Assembly: GCA_964016885.1 (NCBI GenBank)
Contig: OZ024751.1
Location: forward strand, 33,232,001-33,296,000
Direction of reading: 5' to 3'
Length of the DNA stretch: 64,000 bases
DNA from: Eledone cirrhosa
Lineage: Eukaryota
Within the stretch, counting starts at the first letter, position 1, and each line of letters begins with the position of its first letter. The notes under the pieces were generated by a model. It had not been told where the DNA came from, made no database searches, and saw only the letters and a list, made by a program, of their open reading frames with translations. This document shows positions 43,545 to 56,624 of the stretch, in pieces. The position numbers and the translations under genes are program-made.

Positions 43545-43635
43545 TGTTTTGTGGTGTCTATTCCGGCTCTTTGCTTTCTGAGTTCAAATCCCGACAAGGT
43601 CAACTTCGACTTTCAACTTTCTGCGGTCGATAAAA
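43545..43635 (+). mobile_element. SINE internal fragment
   Basis: ttctgagttcaaatcccgacaaggtcaactt...gcggtcgataaaa. Confidence 0.75.
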
Positions 43636-43822
43636 AAAAAAAGATTAAAATCATATGTGTATGTCTATGAAACTAACGGTAATGCAGAAACAAGTGAAAT
43701 TCTTAATGTATGTATTGTGTTGGCTGCTTCTTTCATTCGCTGTACCACCTGTGTCTATTACCCTAAGTATTGAGTACTTTGGTGCGTTATGGTCCACCTG
43801 GTTCCTTACCACATTTCCTTCG

Positions 43823-43866
<44 letters not shown>

Positions 43867-44439
43867 GGATAGAGAGAAGTGATATAAACAGTGAGACAGA
43901 GTCAGTAGGTGATTTGAAAGGGAGAGTAGCTGTTTTGGTTAGCATCTCAACTTATTTAGCCGAGGATTCATCAAAGATTGGTCAATACAGAATCAATCAA
44001 TAGAATTCATTTACGAAAAATAAACTCTAAAAAATAAATAAAAAGTAAACGCCACTGTATATAATATTTTTTTCTCTTTTTTTTTTTTGTTTGCAAGGAA
44101 CCAAGTACATTCCTTTTAAGGTTACACAATCATTGATGTGAACTTACTTGATATATTGAACTGAGAATAGATAAAAATTAATTAAAATAAATGAGGCAAA
44201 TATTTACACCTTAATTTATTTATGTGTTGTAAGATCTGATTGTCAGTCAGAAGCTTAGATAAAATTAGAAGGTGAGTTGGCAGAAGCTTTACAACGTCGA
44301 ATAAAATGGCTGACGGTTTAAATTCTGGGTTTAAACATGCATGCATACTTTGAATAAATACAGCTTGATACTCTTTGATGTATTTAGTCTCAGGTCAGCT
44401 CTGATCTAGCAGACCTTTAATCAAAGATATTCAATAAAT

Positions 44440-44900
44440 ATTGTTCTTCTATTACCCTACTTCTACTACTTAGGACTAATGAATTTCGCCAAAACATTTA
44501 CAGAGATTAAATATATCGACGTTGATATCATTTTAAATGCTCGTTAGACTGAGCTAAACTTGATAACTCTAGTTAAAGATGTGAGCACGGTGGCTAATGA
44601 TTCGGTGGAGGTCATATACCTCATTGGTTTCTTTTTACTATTCCCAATTAAGGAAGTATTACCCAGTGCATGTGGTGATATGTACCGCAATGATGGTCTT
44701 GTGACTATGAATATGTGCGGTCCCCGGGCTATAGATATGTTTCATGAAGGAGCTTAAGGCTTCATTTAAAGGTTTCAACATGTTTATAATGTTGATGCAA
44801 ACCTATCGACTTTGAATTTTCTAGACATGGCCTGTACTACCAGCATAGACTACCCAAGGAGACTTGAAATTACATTAGTAAATCTTCCAAATAGCATACA
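44440..44900 (+). pseudogene. Penelope-like element reverse transcriptase fragment (decayed)
   Basis: One frame from 44476 reads LMNFAKTFTEIKYIDVDIILNAR*...DVSTVANDSVEVIYLIGFFLL...GDMYRNDGL...CGP...DANLSTLNFLDM. This is colinear with recalled PLE RT motifs ALNFA...DIIMHARKSLLF, DVTMGSYDGAEVCELVG, GLYRDDGL, SGP and NLK.VNFLDV. In-frame stops are present. Confidence 0.8.
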
Positions 44901-45418
44901 GGTGAAATGCGTCACAAGGTGATACTAAAAAATAATTAAAATTTAAGACTTTGTAATTCTGACTTTATATTCCGTTTTTATATTCTACATACCTTTAATT
45001 CAAAACATATTTGCACGTGTTTAAGTGTACGCAAACCTCTGTATAAATATATACATACCTAAGGCTATGTATGAATGTGTATGAATGTGTTTATATGTGC
45101 ATATATCAATACAAACGTACAAATACAGGAACATATATTCGCGAAGGTAAGTATAATTGTGCATGAACATATTTTTTATTTGTTTACACCGAACCTAGGG
45201 TGAACAGGTATAGGAAAGTATATATGTTGGCGTTTATATATACACAATCACGGGAGGTAACCCGATACCTTTACATACGTTAATGTGCGATCTAGATAAT
45301 GAAATATCCATATGTTTTTTAATTGATGTCTGGATTAATAACGTTATAACGTGGCTTCTACAAAGAATAGTCTACCATTAGACTTTATTTCTAAACTATT
45401 TACCTCACTATTATTATT

Positions 45419-45495
45419 GGTAGCTTGGTAATATCGGGAGAGCGTCGGACAATATGTTTCACAGCATAGAGTTACGGCCCTTTACATTCTGAGTT
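45419..45495 (+). mobile_element. SINE 5' fragment
   Basis: ttggtaatatcgggagagcgtcggac...cagcatagagttacggccctttacattctgagtt. Confidence 0.75.
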
Positions 45496-45834
45496 ATACG
45501 TAATTTTATGGGAGATTTCGCTGCTATTTCTAGCACGCATGATACTCACTTTAACTGTTGGGGAAGTTATTTGGAGGTACATTGTTAGAGTATTTAGCAA
45601 AATAACATTCTGTCACATGAAACGTGTTCAAATCTACACACAGTATTTCTTGAGTTTAACAAGCTAGAGATAAATCAGGATACTAAGTTATTGTCGTTGC
45701 TGATGCTGCTGTTGTTGTTGTTGTAGTTGACATTCTTCTTTATGAAGTTGTTGTTGCTCTTATTTTCCTGCTGTAGCTGTTATTGTAGTTGTAGTTGCTG
45801 TTGTTGTTTTTCTTGTTGCTATAGTTTTTGTTGT

Positions 45835-46045
45835 TATTGTTATTTAGCCCCAGGTCAATCCTGGTAGTGCAGCAGAGTTATGATCCAGGGCAATCAACAC
45901 GTGCTCATCGCATCACTATCTCAGCAGGACATTAACTAATATATCGTTTCCTTATTTAAGTTCCTATGCTCTCACGTGAGGGAGGGAAATTTGTCTGCTA
46001 TATCTAGCAAATCCAGTGACCACCTACAGTTTCCCTCGCTAGATG
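45835..46045 (+). mobile_element. Second dispersed repeat family copy
   Basis: tttagccccaggtcaatcctg...gagggaaatttgtctgctatatctagc. Confidence 0.72.
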
Positions 46046-46398
46046 GTGTAACTGTATCAGCGGTAGGCAGCTATATAGTATAACGAACAATTTTGAGATC
46101 AGATATTGCATTTAAAGTATTTCAGCTGTGAAGATCAAAAGACGTAATATATATTGAGGAGGGACATAGAAACCGTTAGTATGTTGACTAACGAGACAGA
46201 TTAAACGCATGCCTATAATACCAACAATATAATAAAACTGGTCTACTGCTGGATGTGGGGTGGCAGGAGGAAGTAGGTTAGGCTCGAAGACGAAATATGA
46301 CGACTACAGGGAAACATTAGGAATTCTCTAAGATAACATTCAGCATTTATATATAGTTAGTAACTAATCTCATCGGTAGACATTTTACACGCACGCAC

Positions 46399-46441
<43 letters not shown>

Positions 46442-46629
46442 GCAAATTTTCTATGTTAAATATCGCGTTTTGAAACATATTTTTATATTTCTGGATGCTC
46501 AATTTCCCACTAAAACCATTCTCTATTTGATTTTCCTTTCAACTTTAATATTATTTATTAACTATTTTGTAAAAGGTCTTTTGTCACACACTCTTTGACC
46601 TCTTCAATAACTATTTCTTCAGTTCAGTT

Positions 46630-46890
46630 ATGGTCCACAATCTGTATAAAGCATCTTAGCTGACATGGACACCTTTCAAGATTACTACAGCCGAGACCAG
46701 CCAAGCAAACTTTGCGGTGGTTTGCGTGAACCGAAGAAAAGCGAGGACCGTATTGGTATGAAAACCTTGTGTAAGATCTACAACTAATAAAGAAGGAATG
46801 AAAGGATGTATCCTCCCTGGCAGAGGATAGAGAAGGCTGCATTACCCTGACTGTCTTGTGTGTCAGAAGATATGGGAATTTCTAAAATCT
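46630..46890 (+). pseudogene. RTE-clade LINE 3' end (C-terminal ORF remnant)
   Basis: Translations LS*HGHLSR, KRGPYWYENL (across a frameshift) and LAEDREG resemble RTE motifs L.W.GHV.R, GRP...W.D and LA.DR..W. Confidence 0.62.
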
Positions 46891-46910
46891 AATATATATA
46901 TAGTAATAAT

Positions 46911-47099
46911 TGTTTCTACTTTAGGCACAAGGCCAGCAATTACCCAGTACATTACTGGTACTTTATTTTATCGACCCCGTAAGGATGAAAGGCAAAGTTA
47001 ACCTCGGCGCGGGATTTGAACTCGGACTGTAAAGGGACGTAACTATGCTAGAAAGCATGACGTCCAACCCTTTTCCGACGATACTGCCAATTCACCGCC
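46911..47099 (-). mobile_element. tRNA-derived SINE, full length (short subfamily), 20-bp TSD
   Basis: Reverse complement of the 6049-6240 type. TSD aatatatatatagtaataat at 46891-46910 and 47100-47119. Confidence 0.93.
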
Positions 47100-47110
47100 A
47101 ATATATATAT

Positions 47111-47294
47111 AGTAATAATAATAAATGTGAAGACTAAAACCCAAAGAGGGCTCGATAAGGATAAATATATATCAAATGTATAAGAACCGTAGAGCAAATA
47201 TTTATTAAAATAACAGATTAAAGTTTAAGCAAAGAATCGCTGCTTTCACCCTTAACGGGATCTTCTGAAACTAAAAAAATCAATCTGTGAACGC
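47111..47294 (-). mobile_element. Second, inverted copy of the element at 27065-27247
   Basis: Close reverse-complement match over ~180 bp, including gaatcgctgctttcacccttaacgggatcttctgaaac. Confidence 0.9.
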
Positions 47295-47484
47295 GTGTGT
47301 GTATGTATGTGTGTGTGTATATATGTATATATATATATGTGTATATATGTATATTGGAAAATGTGTGAGATCCTTGGTACAGTTAGGTATATTTGAAAAA
47401 AAGGAAAAGAATGACGTCACTTGTAGTGTTAAAAATTTATGATTTAATGTTATAATATAATATTATAATATTATGAATTGGTAG

Positions 47485-47527
47485 TATATATGTATATACA
47501 TATGTATATATATATATATATATATAC

Positions 47528-47605
<78 letters not shown>

Positions 47606-47734
47606 GTATATATATACATATGTATATATATATACATATGTATATATATACATATGTATATATATATATATATATATATACATATGTATATATATACATA
47701 TGTATATATATATATATACATATATATACATATG

Positions 47735-47792
<58 letters not shown>

Positions 47793-47815
47793 TGTATATA
47801 CATATATGTATATAC

Positions 47816-47846
<31 letters not shown>

Positions 47847-47850
47847 CATA
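47485..47850. repeat. (TA)n tract with periodic CATATG interruptions
   Basis: Visible in sequence. Confidence 0.95.
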
Positions 47851-48691
47851 CACGTTGGTGTTTAACCGATGTCTGACTTAGTCGACGAGGCCCATATTCA
47901 AAATATAGCCGCGTCATTTCCAGTTATAGAAGTTTGTAAATTCCTTTGTCAATATGTAATATGTATCTCTTTTATAACTAATTCTCCCTAGTTTCTCGTA
48001 CAAACAACTGATCACGTGACCTTTCTTGTTGTTTTCAAGGAGTGGCCGCCATATTTGTGTGTGAATATTAGGGATCAATGAAGTAAAACATAGTTAAATA
48101 TGACTATAAACAAAATATGAATATTGTACGCAAATACATTAGATGTGTGGGTGTGCTAGCGACTGTTTGTGTGCTCGCAGGTGTGTGTGCGTTCGCGAAT
48201 GTGAGTGTGCGTGCGTTTGTGTATGTATATGTTAGCAAGTGTGTGTATCTTCGCCAGTGTGCTGTATGAGTGCGTTTGTGTGTGTGTGTATAGTGTATGT
48301 AATTGTATATTTAATTAATTTACGTCAGAGTTAGTGTGTTGAGTAATAAAAGTGGGTTTTTTTAATACTTTTAAGGATTTCGGAAATTTACTGATAATTT
48401 CATTACTGACGACCATTGTGCTTTCAGCCATTTAAACAATTGATTTAAATTAATTGCATATACTTTAATTAATGATTATTTAAGGCTAAAATATTCAATG
48501 TAATTAATAACATAACAACATAATTATTAATTAATAGTCTTCATGTCTGTAAATATAATAACGGCCCAAATCATAAATATTACAATTTACATTCTACTCT
48601 TTAACAATCTGGCCAGACTCTCTATATATAGGCACACTACTATACACTACTACACACTACTACACACTTTTACAATGACATACTTGCATTG

Positions 48692-48780
<89 letters not shown>

Positions 48781-48849
48781 TACATATATATATATATATA
48801 CACACACATATATATATATATATATACACACACATATATATATATATAT

Positions 48850-49457
48850 GGTGGCTGCCAACTCGTTTTCGAGTACGGCCACTACTTTATATCCATGTAG
48901 GAGAACCCCTAACGATGCGCTGAACGAGTGTGACTTTTTAGTCCAGCCAGCGACTTGAAAACTCTGGTACAAACACTACACTTGTGACAATTATTGACAC
49001 ATAGTGCTGGGCCCATGGTACCATGTGACGATAAGTGCAGAGAGATCTCCAGATATAAAGCAATGCCTGTGCTGTGAAGCTTTTATAGTGAGCAAAGGCA
49101 CTGCACAAAGCCAGTCCCACTCTCTTAACCAAGATGATATTTACCAAAAAGAAGAACAAGTCAACATCATTGGATACCATCAGGGTTGCAGGTGTTATAT
49201 CAGAGTTTTCCTTCTCTTAGAATTCTGCCTTGACAAAGGCTAAGGGGTCATCTCTCCCAGTGATTTTAGATGGCCATTGACTCTTAAGAGCTCCTTTGCC
49301 CTTCGACAGGTTTTGTTTTTAGTCCTGCAGGATGTCCAAAGTCACCCTCCTCACCAAGAAACCTTGGTGGGGTTGCCAGTTTAGTCGCCAACGACCCGAC
49401 CATGAGACAGGTTGTACTGGGATACATGTTACCAGTAGCACCAAGTGGTGACCTGAC
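48850..49457. mobile_element. GC-richer ~600-bp insert between TA tracts; probable interspersed repeat (possibly LINE 5' region)
   Basis: Sharp composition change bounded by microsatellites, with no recognisable protein. The family assignment is only an impression. Confidence 0.4.
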
Positions 49458-49471
49458 ATATATATATATAT

Positions 49472-49512
<41 letters not shown>

Positions 49513-51483
49513 TATATATATATACACACACATATATATATATAAATATATATATATATACACACACATATATATATACACACACACATATATACACACA
49601 CACACACACACATCTATATATATATATATATATATATATATCCATATATAATTATATGCATGCATGTGTGTGTGTGTGTGTATAAAAATTTGTGAATACA
49701 TCTTCTCTTTTCCTGATTACATTGAGTTCTTCATACGGATTGGACACTACTATATATTTTGGTAGATTTATCTACATATATATATATATTTGAAGATTGT
49801 GTTTTGTCTGTCTTTATGTTTGTGTGTGAAACAGGTATTTATGTTGGACTAAAGGTACATGTGTATGTGTAATTTTACACAGAATTTACTCAACAAATTT
49901 GATTTCTCCTTGTTCAACATATAAGATCCACCATAGTTTTTATCTAAATTCTAATGAAGGAGGTTTTTATTTTTGTTAGAAATCAGCTCCTTCCTTACAT
50001 GATTTAAATGAAAGAAAGAAAGAAACATATATATCTTCTACTTGAGATCGAACTCATTAATCGATCATTGTGTACAGAGTTTCAACGTTCCTACAGAATA
50101 GGCCATACACAATCATTACAAAATTTCCTGCTATGTCTGTTTTTTTTTGTTTTCAATGTTTCTACTGTAATCTTCGTTGTTAAGAAATCTTTCATCGCCG
50201 AGAGAATATACAAGTTGTCACCGTTTTGTCAAGTAAACGGATTGTTCTAACAGTTACAACCACTAATATCTACTTTCTGGTGGTGCCTGCGGGTTTCTTC
50301 TTCAAGATTTTACTTTTAAAATCTAACGGCGTAAAATGAGTTTTAGAAATGCGCTTTTGTATTTTTACATCTGTGAATGTTAACATGTTATTTGTTACGT
50401 AAATATTCAATCGCGCTTTATCTAATAACAACTTAGATACATTTATATCAGAAATGCCTATCTTCTCTTTAAAAGATATTACACGACAACATTGTTATAT
50501 ACATGAAATGGCCGAAAGTAGCCTGAAGTATCTTTAAAATTTTGTGCTTCCTTTTGTGAAAATGTGATGAGAGCGTGAATAGTTGATCAGCATTCAATAA
50601 TGTTAAAACCTTATAATGTCATAAATATTCTTGGTGTGCAGTTTTATTACATTTCGGAATAGAAAGGAATAGAAAACAGGTAGATGCAAACCCCAGCACT
50701 ACTGGTACTAAATCATATACTGTACAGAACATCTATTAATTTGCTTTAGGTCATCTACGATATACAACAAGAATTGAATACCAGTGGCATTATTATTGGC
50801 AGTAGGATGGCATCTTGAATGTTCATGCTTCAGGATATTGCTATTTTACCAATGGTAGTTGTAGTGTTGTCAGGCTTTCTAAAAGAGAATTCTGAAGAAT
50901 GAATATATTTCTTGAGGCGATAAAATAGAAATCTACTTATCTTTTCTTTAATAGAACTGACATTCAGAAAATGTGTTGTGAAGTCGGCCTAATATACATT
51001 TTAGCCTGAAAATATTTAACTTAAAATAACATATTTTTAAATTGAGTCGAGTAGCAGAAATGTGTGGTAGTATAAATTTTTTACGTCAAATTTCCGAGTT
51101 CGAATCCGTCCACAGCTTTATTTACAATTTATCAAATCAATAAAGTAAGATTGTATCGATGGGTCTAAGTCATATTAACTCTTTTACATATTAGATTTTA
51201 GGCGTTTTCTTTTTTTTTTTCTTTTTTTTTTTTCTTTGTTGTTTATTTTTAATAAAAAATGGTGACCGCAGCATGATTAATTAGAAAAACGGGTACGAAC
51301 CAACTATCGGGGTAATGTTCAATGTGATGAGATACCGAATTAATACCGACATGAAACAACGCAAACCAACGTCTTCGGTGAGATCATGATCGTTAATATT
51401 ATAGAAGTAAAACTATCTTCGTGGCATTTGTACGACACGAACTCACGGCAATATATTTGGATTTGGTGTTTATTTAATTTAAT

Positions 51484-51703
51484 GGTTTCTGATTTTGGCA
51501 CAAAGGTAACAATTTTGGGGGAGGGGAAAGTCGATTAAATTTACCCCAGTCTGTTACTGGTACTTTATTTTATCGACCCTCAGAAGGATGAAAAGCAAAG
51601 CAAACCTCGGGAGGGTTTGAACTCACAAGGTAAAGGGACTTAACTATGTACATACAACCTTGTTGTCCGCCGCTCTCTCGATACTACTAATGCACCGCCC
51701 TTC
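51484..51703 (-). mobile_element. tRNA-derived SINE, long subfamily, 15-bp TSD
   Basis: TSD tttatttaatttaat at 51469-51483 and 51704-51718, with a reverse-complement SINE body. Confidence 0.9.
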
Positions 51704-53164
51704 TTTATTTAATTTAATACGATAAGTGTTGGTGAAGCGGGGACACTAGTTTATCAAATAAAATATATTTCTAATTCTGAGATGCTGACACAAAGTTCAA
51801 ATAAAAACCGAAAATACAGGATTATTTATAAATGCATCCATTAGATTTTTAGAATTGGAAGCCAGAATATGGTAAAATAAGAATTGTCTTAAATGGCCTT
51901 CATTGTGAAGTTTCTAAATACACTATAAAGTAATGAATCTACACAAACAAGCGTTTTCTCCATGACGGTCTTAAGGAAATCCTCACATCTGGAAGCCATA
52001 CTCGGTACTTCACTAAAAGAAACTTTGACACAGTTCTAAACAGCATACATTTATTTATTTAATACATCCGCCTTTCTTATTCCCGCAACACTACTCAATG
52101 AACTCTCTATATAACGGAGTGAAGCCATATAAACATATCCTATATTTAAATAATCGTCAACTTAATCATCGAGTACTTAGTAGATGTTATTTTACTAGTT
52201 TCAGTTATAGGATAGTGGCCGTGCTGGAGCACCGTCCCCATAGCTATAACCCTCTTATCATATGTGAAGCAGAAATGGTTCAAAACAAAAACGAATGATC
52301 GATGTGTTCTTCTTTAACTGACTTACGTTTATTATAGTAATCAATCTGCTTTCTGCGTTTTCAATCAATTATTTATCTGGGTTTTTTCTGGATAATGGCT
52401 TCTTTGATTCTTAAATTGCCTACATTCTTTATCGAGACAACATATTCAATATCTTGCATAGACATAAAAGAAGGCATAAGAAAAGTGGTTGTAAGCGTAA
52501 TTAACTTACATCCCAATTTTTAGTCTAGACGGATGTTTCGAGCCGGGGAAAATAATACCAATTCACGGTGTTAGATAAATAAATATATGTCAAAGTTCAG
52601 AGGAAATCTTTCTTCAGAAGTTACATCTTACTAACCATACAAATAGCAACTATATCTCATGAAGGCAAAGTCGAGACAATACACTACTCTTGCGTTAATA
52701 TAGCGATCAGTGGATAGTAGCAGGTGGGATCTTGACTAGATGTAGAACGCCGAAACCAACACTGCAAGGCATTTTATCTTGCGCTCTAATGACTCCGATA
52801 ATTCAACATTTATATTCCAATTCCCAGATAATAATTAGAGTAAATAAATCTACCACAGTTATGTGCAGAAGGAATATCAGGATTCTGATAATTTCAAAAT
52901 AATATGTTTACCTCTTTCAACTGTTGACAGAATTTATATTAATATATGTAATATCCATTTTGAACTTTCACCCTTATCTATCAGATCAATCATTTTCTAA
53001 ACTTCACTTTTTCCTTCTTAATCAGTTGCTAGAATAGAATCTATTGTAATATGTAATTAATTACTGCATGGTCTTGCAATATAGATCGATATATATACTG
53101 CAGAGTTTCATGAAATTAATTATAGAATAGATATTGCCCATCTGCATCAATGTCAAGCACACAT

Positions 53165-53223
<59 letters not shown>

Positions 53224-53658
53224 GTACGTGTGTGTGTGTGATTAAGTGTGTATGTGTGTGTGCTAATTTGTGTTCTCGCAGTAAGACGGACAGTTGAATA
53301 AAGGAAAGAAAGCGTTGTGCTTTTTTTTCTTTGGGCTAAATAATCCATGTTCAATATATTAAGCAATCATCCTGGATACTTGGAGACTCTTCCAATATTG
53401 CAATCTTAGCCGTTTATGTTTACTAGACAAATATTGAAGTGTGTTATACTATTCTTATTGCATCGTCTATGAAGTGATGTGTCCGTAGCTTAAGTGCATT
53501 ACTGTTTTAGTCGTCATCGTTATCGTTGTCTTTATTGTTGATGTTATTGTTGTTGTTCCTCAGAACAGCCTTGATAAAGATGACCAATGGTGAAAAAAAA
53601 AATGATCATCTCGTCTTTTCTCCAGAACAAGTTATACAATTTGCCTTATTTTCTAAGA

Positions 53659-53847
53659 AAGGGAGTGTATTGGCAGTATCGGTAGATCGTTAGACGCCAT
53701 GATGTGCAACATAGAGTTACGTCCCTTTGTGATCTGAGTTCAAATACCGCCGAGGTTAACTTTACCTTTCATCCTTACGGGGTCGATAAAATAAAGTACC
53801 AGTAATGTACTGGGTAATCGCTGGCCTTGTGCCAAATGTAGAAATAA
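53659..53847 (+). mobile_element. tRNA-derived SINE (short subfamily), 13-bp TSD, nested in a second-family repeat
   Basis: TSD ttattttctaaga at 53646-53658 and 53848-53860. A and B boxes present. Confidence 0.92.
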
Positions 53848-54097
53848 TTATTTTCTAAGACATTTTAATATGATTCGGAAGAACTTCCACTCTTGTTTCC
53901 AGTAGATAGAGATATTGTGTGAGGGATTAGATCTGTTACAGACAACACATCTAACTCTCGAATCCTGTAAAGATCACCTTTACTTTTCAAACGTATTAAA
54001 TCCACACACACAGACACATATTTATATAATATGTGTGTGTGTGCGCCTGTGTCTGTCTATGTCTGTATTTATTTATACACATGTGTGTATATATATA

Positions 54098-54166
54098 TCC
54101 CAAAATGTATACACACTTCTATTGGAACTCTTTTTAAGTGTGTATACATTCTTATGGGACATCCTG
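54098..54166. mobile_element. Tiny Tc1/mariner-like MITE remnant
   Basis: Inverted ends aatgtatacacactt / aagtgtgtatacatt, with the right end gggacatcctg followed by TA. A related copy lies at 63875-63960. Confidence 0.6.
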
Positions 54167-54600
54167 TATAAATATATATATATATATATAATACATGTAT
54201 ACATGTAAATCAATTTCACAGTTTAGTAGACGTAGTATTTCCATATATATATATATTATACTATGTGTGTAACTGTTAATAAATTTTAACCAGAATGTGT
54301 ATTTCTATCATATCTGTATCACTTATAAATTAACCGTGAAATTAGTTATATGTTGCTCGTGGAAGCGATGATCTAATTAATTTAGTAAAACCACATCAAT
54401 TTTTACACTCTAGCGTATCTATTGATATTGGAATATTTATAACTATACAATAGCTATATAAAAGAATTTACCAGCTTTTGTTTCTTTCATGCGTAATTAT
54501 TGTACATTTATTTGTGCGCTCGTTCTTTTTTATTTTTTCCATTCACAAAAGGTTACTTAGTACAAAATTAAGTTAGTGCTATGAATTGTTTGCGATTCAC

Positions 54601-54804
54601 CTAAAAGTCCTGCTGGTCTTCTAAGAAGCTGTCAAAATAAATTACGTCTGCTTTGCTAATCATTAGAAGCGGCACAGCGTTCTCACACACGCCCAGAATG
54701 CCATTGCTTGCCAGTTGGTCTAAAAGTCTCTTGTAGCTTGTTTTCTTATAATAAGGAGGAATACGGTTGATAGCATCATCTACTTGTAAGATGTTCTCCA
54801 TCTG
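54601..54804 (-). other. Possible exon of an unidentified gene or lncRNA
   Basis: Acceptor tttccatttcaaacag|cag and donor AG|GTGAAT, 204 nt apart. Only one frame is open (QMENILQVDDAINRIPPYYKKTSYKRLLDQLASNGILG...DF*). No recognised homology. Confidence 0.28.
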
Positions 54805-55551
54805 CTGTTTGAAATGGAAATGATCCGTTAAACATAGCTTTAATAGCATAATGTGAGAACAACAAGAAAACTTTCTCGATAACATCAGTTAGAGAAAATA
54901 GTCAAAATTGCATCCCCACATACAGATCTGAATGTAAAAGTGAAAGCTATAACAACAAAGTGAGCGACAATAGTAGTAATAATAAGCAACAAGCACTGAT
55001 ACTAAGGTACTAACGTTTTCTATGTTAACTTTCGCAATGAAAACATGAACAACAGAGTAAAAACTTTTTATCGACAAGTAGATGTACAAGACGTTTTGTT
55101 TTGTAAGAAAAGTCGAAAGAATTACATGTTTACTTTGCTTCTTCTGAAAAGTCGGTTTCTATGTAATTTATCTATTTAGAGTACAGGAAAATCTCGTAAA
55201 TGTTTTCGGTTATAAAATGTTAAACCATGAAGAGATTATTTGGATTTGATGGCACCGAGTTGACGTTTTTACAATGCAAACTGTTTTATGATGAATGTAA
55301 AATGTTTGTTTAAAAGGCAACGTCTATCGTTGTTAATTGAAAGATTAATCGACTTCATTCTCTTCTTCATTCTATTGATTTATTTTTTTAAACATTATTA
55401 TAGTAAACTACGGACTTAATATTATGGACTCCTTATATAGTAACTACATTCTTTCTTTACTTCTATAGCAAGTTTTATTTTTTAACGGGATGTCCTTTGT
55501 ACACCCTAAGAGAATTGCGGCCGTTCGGACCAACTACTGGGCTGCATATTA

Positions 55552-55689
55552 CAGACTTGACAACCCTTTCAAACCCAAACAGGGTGTGACGGGGAGAAAT
55601 GAGGCAAAATGGGGAGCTTTTACATAATAAAAGCTATACCCATAGTGGGTGGGAGATCTCCCGTCGGACGGGGAGAGTTGCCAGGTCTG
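55552..55689. mobile_element. 138-bp MITE with ~19-bp imperfect TIRs and 6-bp TSD (hAT-like termini)
   Basis: Left cagacttgacaaccctttc versus right reverse complement cagacctggcaactctccc. atatta lies at 55546-55551 and 55690-55695. Confidence 0.75.
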
Positions 55690-56087
55690 ATATTATCATT
55701 AGTGACCTTCTCGAGATAGTAGCCTAGCTTCCCTAAGATCACATCCTTTTGTCTTTAAATGAAATGTAAGTCACATTAATTGAATACATATCGGGACGGT
55801 CATTACTGGAAAGCTTTTGGTCATGGAGCAGTTCAATAATTTCTGAGGCTGTGGCTCAATAAAAATAACAACTTTCAAAATCTTGAATATAGAAAACAAA
55901 TAACTATTCTTCCCCATCAGAAACATTCTTATGTTTTAGAGAGAGTAAATACGCCACGACTGTCCGAATTGGATTAGACAGAGCAAAAGAAATCCGTCTA
56001 AGAGACAAATATCTTCATTGTGGTATGTATATATATATATATATATACACACAAAGTGTTAAAACGATCAAATTTTAGTTTAGAACA

Positions 56088-56140
56088 TTTATTAGCTGAC
56101 AATTGTTTCTTCCATAGGGAAGTCTGGATTCATCGGATCA
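56088..56140 (-). other. Degenerate hammerhead-like motif near a TA tract
   Basis: Minus strand: CCGATGA-atccagac-ttcc-ctat-ggaa-GAAAC-AATT-GTC-agct-AATAAA. Stem I is not evident. Confidence 0.45.
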
Positions 56141-56340
56141 TAAGGAATGTCGAAACATGTAACTAAAATCCTAGTCATTTAGAACATTTAGGGTACATAA
56201 TTGTTATTAGTGTCAAAGGCATCATGTGGAGAGTCAGGAGTTAAAAAGATGTACTGCTTGAAAGAACACAATTACAGGCAGCACTGGTTGGAAGTGTAAT
56301 AGGTATAAGTAAAAAGCACAAGCAAAACAAATCACAAGCA

Positions 56341-56379
<39 letters not shown>

Positions 56380-56548
56380 TTGTGAGTGTGTGTATGTAAA
56401 TGTGTGTGTGTGTAAATATGTCTGTGTATGTCGGTATGTGTTGGTGTGTGATTTAGGTAAAGTATTGAATTATGCGAGAATTTGAACTCAGCACTAGCAA
56501 TTGCTGGCCTAATAAAACAGTCGTTATGTAGTTCTCTATAGTACTTAC

Positions 56549-56624
56549 TTGCAGTGAGGGGAAGAAGGTGGAGAACAAAACAGAATAATTTCAAAGCTAA
56601 AGTTCGTGCCTATTGAACCATTGT
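56549..56624 (-). other. Possible exon with signal-peptide-like frame interrupted by TAG
   Basis: tttgcacag|acaATGG ... gca a|GTAAGT. It reads MVQ*ARTLALKLFCFVLHLLPLTA. Confidence 0.28.
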
